64,000 nucleotides of DNA from Candidatus Uhrbacteria bacterium RIFCSPLOWO2_01_FULL_47_17 (GTDB taxonomy: Bacteria > Patescibacteriota > Patescibacteriia > UBA9934 > GWF2-40-263), in contig MGEI01000005.1 in assembly GCA_001791305.1 (NCBI GenBank), positions 210,698 through 274,697 on the forward strand. The letters run 5' to 3'. Both the position numbers and the translations under genes were made by a program. Shown here in pieces: positions 56,699 to 64,000 of the stretch (position 1 is the stretch's first letter; every line of letters starts with the position of its first letter). The notes under the pieces were generated by a model. The model had not been told where the DNA came from. It ran no database searches and saw only the letters and a list, made by a program, of their open reading frames with translations.

Positions 56699-59431
56699 AT
56701 GAAAACTTCTCGCAAAACCCTTTATATTCTCGATGGTAACGCGCTTTTGCATCGCGCTTGGCATGCGGTTCCACCGCTCGCCACAAAAGATGGACTTATC
56801 GTGAATGCGGTTTACGGTTTCACGAACGTTGTTGAAAAAATCCGTTATAGCTTTAAACCGGATTATTTTTGTGTTGCATGGGATCTTCCTGGCAAGACGT
56901 TTCGACATTATGCGGTTGAAAGTTACAAAGCAACGCGCGTAAAAAAAGAACCGGAGTTGTATGCGCAAATTCCCATGATTCAAGAATTGTTGCTCGCATA
57001 TCACGTTCCGTCATACAGCGCTCCCGGATATGAAGCGGATGATGTGATTGGAACCATCGCCGAAGTTGTAAAAAAACAAAACGTCGATGTGGTGATTGTA
57101 ACCGGTGATATGGATGCGCTTCAGCTCGTTGGCGATCACGTTCGAGTTTTATCGTTCGTAAAAGGCGTTTCCGAAACGAAGACGTACGACGAATCGGCGG
57201 TGTTCGAGAGGTTCGAACTTCGACCCGATCAGCTCATTGACTATAAAGCGCTTCGAGGAGATACGTCCGACAACATTGCGGGAATTGCTGGAATTGGTGA
57301 GAAGGGTGCGCTCGAGTTGATTCAGAAGTTTGGAACCGTTGATGGAATTTTTGAAGCATTAAAAAAAGGTGAAGTGCCGTCGAAGTTTGCAAAGAAGTTG
57401 GATGGAAAAGAGAAGGTCGCAGAAGAATCCAAAATGCTCGTGACGATTATTCGTGATGTTCCGTTTAAGTTTCATCTCGACGAAACCGTTTATCAATCAC
57501 CGAACCTTGATTCCCTTCTCGAGCTTTTCCGCAAATATGAGTTTCGTTCGTTGCTCAGAAAGTATTCGACGGCGATGAGTGATTCAGAAATACCACCACC
57601 CCCAATCGATGATATGAATGGAAATGTTTCTTCTGTGTCATCCCGAGCGAAGCGCAGCGAAGCCGAGGGATCTCTCCGTTCGTCGTCGAACTCCTCAGTC
57701 GAGATGACAAAGAAAATAGAACTCATTCGCGACCTTCCCTCTCTCGAACCCGCGCTCAAAAAAATCAAAGACACAACCATCGGCATTCTCCTCGGAACAC
57801 AAACGCCAGATCTCTTCGGAACGATTCACGCGGCGTTTGCGATTTCAGATGGTATGCATACGGTATGCGTGATGAGCCCAACAAAAGCACTGCTCGAAGC
57901 GCTTCATAAAAAAATTTCTCGCGCGGAAAAAGTGATTATACACGATGAAAAGTTTTTGATGCATACACTCGGTTGGAAGTTTACGAATGAAGTATTTGAT
58001 GTGATGATCGCATCGTACCTATTGAATGCCGGATCGAGATCATACGATATCGGCACCGTTCTCGAGGAGGAACTTGGGGTGAGAAACACGGAACTGCCCG
58101 TTTCGTACTCGAGCGATAAAGATTACAAGAAACTCGCAGATCTCGCGCAGCATTTGCCTGCGCTCGAAAAAATCCTTCGCAAGAAATTGCATGAGACGGA
58201 ACAAGAACATGTGTATGATCAGATTGAAATGCCTCTGATTCCAGTGTTGTATCGCATGGAAGAAAAAGGAATCGAGGTTGATGTGAAGGCGCTCGGCGTC
58301 TTCTCGAAAGAACTCGCAAAGAATATTACGAGTCTCGAGAAAAAGATTCGTGACATTGCGGGTGAGGAAGTGAACGTCAATTCTCCATCGCAACTTGCAC
58401 ATGTGTTGTTCGAGACGCTGCAGCTTTCGACGAAACACATCAAGAAAACAAAAACGGGATACTCGACAGCGGCGTCAGAACTCGAAAAGTTGATGGATGA
58501 ACATGAGATCGTTCCGATGATCTCGGAGTATCGTGAACTCGCGAAATTGCAATCAACATACGTCGAGGCGCTTCCGCGACAAGTCGCGAAAGATGGCCGT
58601 ATCCATACGACGTACAATCAAACGATTGCGGCGACTGGACGATTGTCGTCGATCGATCCGAACTTGCAAAACATTCCGATTCGCACCGAACTCGGTCGCG
58701 AAATTCGCAAAGCATTCGTTACGGCAAAAGATTGTTTACTCGTTTCCGCCGACTATTCACAGATCGAGCTTCGCCTTGTCGCGATTCTCGCGCACGACAA
58801 ACCATTTATCGATGCATTTAATAACGGCGCGGATATTCACACACGAACCGCTGCGGAAGTTTGGGAGATCGACGAGAGTGCCGTCACGAAGGACCAGCGT
58901 CGCGCGGCAAAGGCCATCAACTTCGGCATCATGTACGGAATGGGACCGCGTTCCCTTTCGAGATCAACGGGGCTCACCATGACCGAAGCAAAAACATTCA
59001 TTGAAAAATATTTCAACATTCACGCTGCGGTGCGTGAATATCTCGACTCACTCAAAAAGAAAGCGCACGAAGATGGATTCGTGCAAACATATTTCGGACG
59101 TCGAAGATATTTTCCTGAGATTGAATCCGGCATGCAAATGCTTGTCGCGCAAGCGGAGCGCATGGCACAAAACATGCCGATTCAAGGAACGCAGGCGGAT
59201 ATTGTGAAAATGGCGATGCTCTCCGTCGACGGCTGGCTGAAACAAAGTCAGCTACGCGCGAGTATTTTGCTCCAAGTTCACGATGAACTTGTCCTCGAGG
59301 TACACAAAGATGATGTAGATAACGTAAGCAAAGGATTGAAAGAAATGATGGAAAGTGTGGCAAAGTTTGATGTGCCACTCGAGGTCGAGGTAAAGAAGGG
59401 AAAGAATTGGGGGGAGATGGAGAAGATATAA
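56699..59431 (+). CDS. polA: DNA polymerase I
   Basis: LDGNA, EADD, GDTSDNI, TGRLSS, ADYSQIELR, KAINFG, QVHDEL. Confidence 0.97.
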   Translation: MKTSRKTLYILDGNALLHRAWHAVPPLATKDGLIVNAVYGFTNVVEKIRYSFKPDYFCVAWDLPGKTFRHYAVESYKATRVKKEPELYAQIPMIQELLLAYHVPSYSAPGYEADDVIGTIAEVVKKQNVDVVIVTGDMDALQLVGDHVRVLSFVKGVSETKTYDESAVFERFELRPDQLIDYKALRGDTSDNIAGIAGIGEKGALELIQKFGTVDGIFEALKKGEVPSKFAKKLDGKEKVAEESKMLVTIIRDVPFKFHLDETVYQSPNLDSLLELFRKYEFRSLLRKYSTAMSDSEIPPPPIDDMNGNVSSVSSRAKRSEAEGSLRSSSNSSVEMTKKIELIRDLPSLEPALKKIKDTTIGILLGTQTPDLFGTIHAAFAISDGMHTVCVMSPTKALLEALHKKISRAEKVIIHDEKFLMHTLGWKFTNEVFDVMIASYLLNAGSRSYDIGTVLEEELGVRNTELPVSYSSDKDYKKLADLAQHLPALEKILRKKLHETEQEHVYDQIEMPLIPVLYRMEEKGIEVDVKALGVFSKELAKNITSLEKKIRDIAGEEVNVNSPSQLAHVLFETLQLSTKHIKKTKTGYSTAASELEKLMDEHEIVPMISEYRELAKLQSTYVEALPRQVAKDGRIHTTYNQTIAATGRLSSIDPNLQNIPIRTELGREIRKAFVTAKDCLLVSADYSQIELRLVAILAHDKPFIDAFNNGADIHTRTAAEVWEIDESAVTKDQRRAAKAINFGIMYGMGPRSLSRSTGLTMTEAKTFIEKYFNIHAAVREYLDSLKKKAHEDGFVQTYFGRRRYFPEIESGMQMLVAQAERMAQNMPIQGTQADIVKMAMLSVDGWLKQSQLRASILLQVHDELVLEVHKDDVDNVSKGLKEMMESVAKFDVPLEVEVKKGKNWGEMEKI
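57631..57714. repeat. REP-like palindromic element embedded in frame in polA
   Basis: TTCTGTGTCATCCCGAGCGAAGCG...GAGGGATCT...TCGAGATGACAAAGAA with imperfect terminal inverted repeats. Confidence 0.7.
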
Positions 59432-59506
59432 AGTGAAAATCACCGTTAATGCGGTGATTTTTGATTGCTTGCGACCCCGATCGATCAACGATACAATCCA
59501 CTCACT

Positions 59507-60478
59507 ATGCTTTTATTCGTCTACGGCGATGACTCGTTCCGCGCGCAGGAAAAAGTCTCGCAGCTTAAATATGCGTTTCGTGAGAAACATGATCCATCCG
59601 GTTTGAACACCGTTGTTTTTCCGTCTGTAGATGGAAAGCTGATCGCGGGTGATGTTATTCAAGCTGTGACGACCATGCCGTTTCTCTCGAAGCATCGCAT
59701 GGTCATTATTCGCGATCTGATAGACTCCGTAAAAAAAGACGACCTCCCGCTTTGGGAGACGGGACTCTCGAGAACCCCAGACTCGACGATTGTTATTTTG
59801 TGGGAGTCGAAGGCGGTGGATGCAATTGAGAAGAAGTCGCTTTTTAAAACACTGAAAGAACAAGCTCAAGTTCACACATATCCATTCCCTGCTCTCGCTG
59901 GCTCCTCGCTCACAACTTGGATCGCGGATCGATGTAAGTCAAAAGGTTCTTCGATCGAGTCGGGCGCACTGCGAGCATTGATCGAACGCGTCGGTGCGGA
60001 CTTGTGGCAGATGAGTCATGAGATCGATAAGCTGGTTGCATTTGCAAACGGATCGACCATCACCGAGACAATGGTTACACAACTTGTGCAAGCGAATTTT
60101 GAAGGAAAAATTTTCGACCTTGTTGATGCGCTCTCTCGAAAAGATGTTCGTGCAACTGTCCGCATGCTCGAGGAAGAACGTTTCGCTGGTTCCGACGATT
60201 ACTATTTGATGAGCATGTTCACGCGACAGATTCGTTTACTTCTCGGCGCACGTTCGGTTCTCGATTCAAATCCTCGAGCGGATAAGAATACGATTGCAAC
60301 AGAGCTCGATGTGCATCCGTTCGTCGCATCCAAGCTCGTCACTCAAGCAAAAAATTTCTCCTTGCAACAACTTCTCGACGCACACGCCCAACTCTTCGAA
60401 TTTGATCGCGCCATGAAAAATGGCGTAATTAGTGTGGATTTGGCGGTGGATTTGATCGCCACACGATTAATTGTTTGA
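59507..60478 (+). CDS. holA: DNA polymerase III delta subunit
   Basis: YGDDSF, MPFLSKHRMV, EIDKL, IFDLVDA, VHPFV. Confidence 0.9.
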   Translation: MLLFVYGDDSFRAQEKVSQLKYAFREKHDPSGLNTVVFPSVDGKLIAGDVIQAVTTMPFLSKHRMVIIRDLIDSVKKDDLPLWETGLSRTPDSTIVILWESKAVDAIEKKSLFKTLKEQAQVHTYPFPALAGSSLTTWIADRCKSKGSSIESGALRALIERVGADLWQMSHEIDKLVAFANGSTITETMVTQLVQANFEGKIFDLVDALSRKDVRATVRMLEEERFAGSDDYYLMSMFTRQIRLLLGARSVLDSNPRADKNTIATELDVHPFVASKLVTQAKNFSLQQLLDAHAQLFEFDRAMKNGVISVDLAVDLIATRLIV

Positions 60479-60542
60479 CCATCAGGCGGTTTTTTGTTAA
60501 GGTTTTCGCTCGATCAATAGTTGATCGAGCGCGGAGGAACAC

Positions 60543-60755
60543 ATGAGAACAGCTGTGATCATTGTCGCTCTTTGGATCTTATCTTTTTGTGGAATGTGGG
60601 CATCAAGTTTGATCTCACCCTCCGCGATGGTCATTGCTGTGATGGTCTTATCAACCATTCTTGGTTTCCTCGGATGTGCTCTCGGAGCTGTATGTGGAAC
60701 ACGTGCCGTACTTCGGTGGTACGAACGTGATTTGAAACCAGGCAATCATGAATAG
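60543..60755 (+). CDS. Small two-TM membrane protein
   Basis: GGAGG SD, two hydrophobic helices. Confidence 0.55.
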   Translation: MRTAVIIVALWILSFCGMWASSLISPSAMVIAVMVLSTILGFLGCALGAVCGTRAVLRWYERDLKPGNHE

Positions 60756-60764
60756 GAGGAACAC

Positions 60765-61139
60765 ATGAGTCGATTGTTCATTTCACTTGGAGCTATCATC
60801 GTGCTTGCCGCATGCGGTACCGATGCGGCAAAAATGGCTACAGAAAATCCATCGAATATTCTTCAGGCGTTTGCCTTGCTTGTTGGAACACTCACATTTC
60901 TGCTTTGTCTCATAGGTGAACAGGATTTGTGGCCCAATGCTATTTTGAATGCGACCAAGTATTCGGGGTTCATTTGTGTCGTGGTTGGTCCACTTTTTTA
61001 CATCTCGACACAGAAAATCGAACTCGCGCTCGCGATTTCTCTCTCAGGAGGTCTCATTCTCAGTGGTCTGCACCTCTTCTTCAAAAAAGAATTCCAACAG
61101 ATGACGAGGGTTGAGACTCAACGAGAAGAAGAGGAATAA
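60765..61139 (+). CDS. Hypothetical membrane protein
   Basis: GGAGG SD, LAAC, several TM helices. Confidence 0.55.
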   Translation: MSRLFISLGAIIVLAACGTDAAKMATENPSNILQAFALLVGTLTFLLCLIGEQDLWPNAILNATKYSGFICVVVGPLFYISTQKIELALAISLSGGLILSGLHLFFKKEFQQMTRVETQREEEE

Positions 61140-61167
61140 GCTTATCATCCCCAAAAAGGATGATTTT

Positions 61168-61713
61168 TTATTTTGATGGACACGCTCCCCACAATCCACG
61201 TTTATTTTTCTTTGCTATTTTTTGCACCGCTCGAAATTCTTTCTGATATTGGTACGGAATTTTGTAGGTGTATTCACGCGCAAAACCGTTTTGAATGAGG
61301 GTTTTATTTATATTCATCTCTTCGAGAAATACAAAACGCAACAGACGATCATATCTGTCTCGATTATCTTGAGATGGATCCGACTCAAGTTTCACAATGC
61401 GATCGATCATGAGATTTTTTGCATATGCAGACGCTTCCGGACCAAAACATTGTACGGGTCGATTCGGTGCGACTGTCTCGGGAGTGTTAACGCCGAGTAA
61501 TCGAACCGTTTCTGGTTTATGATTAAGCGCGACGATGATGGTGTCACCATCAACAACACGAATCACCTGAGACTCGATTGCTATTTTGGCCTTCTGTTTG
61601 TCGAGTGTGTGCTGATCTGTAGAGTTATGATAAAACCACAGTGAAGCGATGCTGATGATGATCGAAATGGAGTAAAAAAATAGTTTTGTGAAGTATTTTG
61701 ATTTGACAGACAT
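61168..61713 (-). CDS. Thermonuclease (SNase) family, membrane-anchored
   Basis: RVVDGDTI, VRLLGVNTPE, DRYDRLLR, GLWG. Confidence 0.9.
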   Translation of the reverse strand: MSVKSKYFTKLFFYSISIIISIASLWFYHNSTDQHTLDKQKAKIAIESQVIRVVDGDTIIVALNHKPETVRLLGVNTPETVAPNRPVQCFGPEASAYAKNLMIDRIVKLESDPSQDNRDRYDRLLRFVFLEEMNINKTLIQNGFAREYTYKIPYQYQKEFRAVQKIAKKNKRGLWGACPSK

Positions 61714-61737
61714 AGGATTTGATGTTAGAGTTTATTT

Positions 61738-61876
61738 ACATTTGATCATGTAGTCGAAGTGATCCCCGAGGAATCGCCCTAAAAATGATTCCGTTTTGAT
61801 ACGAAAGTGGGTTTTGTGTCATTTATTTGGCCGTTTGGCTCCCGAGGAACTCTCAATGTGAGAGTTCCGTTTTTTT
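61738..61876 (+). ncRNA. Candidate small RNA convergent with PemK-like gene
   Basis: TTGACA(61703)-17-TAGAGT promoter; repeated CCCGAGGAA..TTCCGTTTT units; terminator GGAACTCTCA-ATG-TGAGAGTTCC-G-T7. Confidence 0.55.
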
Positions 61877-62256
61877 ATCAAGGCGATAATTTTTTCTTCA
61901 ATCTGTTTAAATTCCTCCTCAGAAATTTTCCGTATCAATCGCTGGAGACGTTTTGAACTTATGAGGCGCAATTGTAATAGGAGGATAGAAAAAATTTTCC
62001 CTTGTTGAACATAGGGATGATACCAGTTTCCTGTTCTATTTTTTGAGGTCATTGGCAGGATCCAGGCAGTGTGGCGATTAAATTTTCTGAGAATGAGCAC
62101 GGGTCGTTCGAAGAGTGCGTTTTTTCCATCTTGTTCATACCCAATATTAAGACCAATCGAACACCACCAAACTTCGCGTTCATGAAAAAATGGAATTTGC
62201 ATGTTTAACAATTCAATTTTCTCTTTCAGAAGATTCCATTCATCAAAATTTTTCAT
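61819..62256 (-). CDS. PemK/MazF-family toxin-like protein, no adjacent protein antitoxin
   Basis: FDEWN, EREVWWCSIGLNIGYEQDGK, RPVLILRKFN, LPMTS, QLRLISSKRL. Confidence 0.8.
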   Translation of the reverse strand: MKNFDEWNLLKEKIELLNMQIPFFHEREVWWCSIGLNIGYEQDGKNALFERPVLILRKFNRHTAWILPMTSKNRTGNWYHPYVQQGKIFSILLLQLRLISSKRLQRLIRKISEEEFKQIEEKIIALIKKRNSHIESSSGAKRPNK

Positions 62257-62273
62257 ACGCAGAATGTTAAAAC

Positions 62274-62360
62274 AAAAAAAGAACTCCCAGATGAATTTGA
62301 TCATGTAGGAGTTCTAATTTCTTGTATCTCTATTTCATCAAAAAATTTTGTGATTGTCAA
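62274..62360 (-). promoter_or_regulatory. Promoter plus leader terminator before PemK-like gene
   Basis: TTGACA (62360-62355)-17-TGAAAT, hairpin GAACTCC..GGGAGTTC (62314-62281) then T7. Confidence 0.65.
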
Positions 62361-62408
62361 TGGTGGGTTGTGGAAAAATAAATCCGAGCTATGAGGCTCG
62401 GATTTTAT

Positions 62409-62678
62409 TTACTTCGTTTTGAGCGCGTTCACTTTTTTCATGAGACGTGACTTCAAACGAGCGGCGGTGTTTTTTTTGACGATGTTTTTTGAAACGGCTT
62501 TGTCGAATTTCTTGCTGACAAGTTTTGCAACTTCCGCAGCCTCTGTAAGTTTCTTTGCATCAATCATTTTGCGCAATTTCACGCGAAGTGATTTGATTTC
62601 TGCATTGATAACTTTCACGTGTTGGGTGCGCTTTTCTGCTTTGCGCATCGCTTTTTTGGCGTTCTCTTTGTTTGGCAT
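62409..62678 (-). CDS. rpsT: 30S ribosomal protein S20
   Basis: MPNKENAKKAMR, DKAVSKNIVKKNTAARLKSRL. Confidence 0.95.
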   Translation of the reverse strand: MPNKENAKKAMRKAEKRTQHVKVINAEIKSLRVKLRKMIDAKKLTEAAEVAKLVSKKFDKAVSKNIVKKNTAARLKSRLMKKVNALKTK

Positions 62679-62786
62679 AGTGTAGTAAATAATTTTTGGG
62701 CAAGATGGAAAGGTTATATCCTCCTTTGCATCTATCACATTCCGTGAGAGCGATACGGATTGAGTCGAAGTTTATGGGAAAAGACC

Positions 62787-63899
62787 TTAATCGTCAAGCA
62801 TCTGACTTCCCTGCTCGATTTCAATCGGTTCAAGGAGCTTTCCGGCTGCGCCTTGCGTGATGCGAAACACGTCTTTATCGACCTTTTTTAACTCCCCAGA
62901 TGAGGCATTAAAGGCGCGGACGGTCGTTTCAAGGTTCTTTCCGAGCTTATTGTGATAGTCCTCATACGCTTTCATGTGTTTCACGAGTGCCTCGGCCTGG
63001 AGCTGTATATCCTTCACAGAATCTTCGATTTGCAAGGCCTTTAGTCCAAGGATCACTGTTTGTAGGTAGGCAAAGAACGAAGTTGGTGCAACGATCATGA
63101 CGCCTTTTTCGAAGGCGTACTCGATGAGATTGCGCGCGTTTACCTTTACAGCGCCCACACTTGAATTGATCAAGTTGTGATAAACCCCTTCGGCCGGAAT
63201 AAACATGAAGGCAAAATTCGTTGTCCCCTTATCAGGGCGAATGTACTTTGAGGTTTCGTCGATGCGTTTTTTTACATCGGATTTAAATTCCTTTTCGAGC
63301 TGCTCGCGAAGTTCAACATCCTGCTCGTTCGAGATTTTGTTGTAATTTTCCAAAGAAAACTTCGAATCTATTGGAATCAGCATTTCTTTAATGTGGATCA
63401 CAGCGTCAGGAATCAGCTTTTGTCCGGATGTTTCATCTATACCGAGATCATATTGCATTTCGTATTGGCCAGGCGCGAGAACTTGTCCAAGAAGCGATTC
63501 CAACCAGTATTCCCCAAGAATTCCACGGTGTTTTGGATTTTTAAGAATATTCTCGAGACTCTGAAGTTGTGTTGAGAAGCCAAGAACTTGTTTATTTGTT
63601 TCATCGAGTTTCGTGAGTTTTTCTGTGACGTCTCGAATGATTCCTGATGTATTTTGAAAGTTTTTTTGCAGTGTGGATGAGGATTCTGTTAGGTTTTTCA
63701 TCATGCGATCAGACATTTGGTCGAGTCGATCGGCAACTTCGCGACGCTGATTATTGGTGGTTTCTTGAAGTTCTTTGCGTAATTCCGAAAGAGTTTGTTG
63801 AAAAGAAGAGTGATCAAATGAAGCCGATGGTTTTTTTGCGACAAGAAAAACAACAATCGCAAGAAGTAAAACAAGAATGATGATTTCAACAGGTGACAT
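62787..63899 (-). CDS. rmuC: DNA recombination protein RmuC
   Basis: N-terminal TM, RGILGE, PDAVI, IDSKF, KYIRP, FAFMFIPAE. Confidence 0.92.
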   Translation of the reverse strand: MSPVEIIILVLLLAIVVFLVAKKPSASFDHSSFQQTLSELRKELQETTNNQRREVADRLDQMSDRMMKNLTESSSTLQKNFQNTSGIIRDVTEKLTKLDETNKQVLGFSTQLQSLENILKNPKHRGILGEYWLESLLGQVLAPGQYEMQYDLGIDETSGQKLIPDAVIHIKEMLIPIDSKFSLENYNKISNEQDVELREQLEKEFKSDVKKRIDETSKYIRPDKGTTNFAFMFIPAEGVYHNLINSSVGAVKVNARNLIEYAFEKGVMIVAPTSFFAYLQTVILGLKALQIEDSVKDIQLQAEALVKHMKAYEDYHNKLGKNLETTVRAFNASSGELKKVDKDVFRITQGAAGKLLEPIEIEQGSQMLDD

Positions 63900-64000
63900 A
63901 ATGCTTTACGATGAATGTTAAAGAAACGTATAATGTTCGAGCTCCATTATAGCATGCGGCGTTTAACGAATCTTGTATTTTACGACGCATATGTAATGAA

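Overview
Bacterial chromosomal window with the gene content and style of Patescibacteria (CPR). The ABY1/Uhrbacteria-like assignment is an inference from the pilin cluster, the LLGAGC lipobox, TrmB regulators and the orphan PemK. It spans the replication-origin locus (dnaN-dnaA-oriC-rpmH-rnpA-yidD) and housekeeping genes (galU, PBP1A, nfo, tig, hppA, comM, lspA, pnp, rpsO, xer, polA, holA, rpsT, rmuC). It also holds a five-gene TrbC/VirB2-like pilin cluster, a Nif/Isc-type Fe-S operon and three tRNAs (Cys, Arg, His). Accessory blocks of orphan genes are interspersed and, unlike the core genes, carry strong GGAGG Shine-Dalgarno sites. Best novelty candidates: (1) an orphan PemK/MazF-fold gene with a convergent, internally repeated small RNA whose 5' end is complementary to a terminator in the gene's own leader, with a homologous promoter-terminator cassette in front of comM; (2) a ~365-nt highly structured stand-alone RNA at 39.8-40.2 kb; (3) an 8.3-kb six-gene island with a MORC-like GHKL ATPase (catalytic E to Q, Ig-like inserts), HTH, coiled-coil and methyltransferase-like genes sharing a TGTCAA-N7-TTGACA element; (4) a REP-like palindrome translated in frame inside polA; (5) TrmB-flanked coaE-coaD-HD and zinc-ribbon modules with a duplicated operator. 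All calls are by-eye motif recognition; no searches were run.
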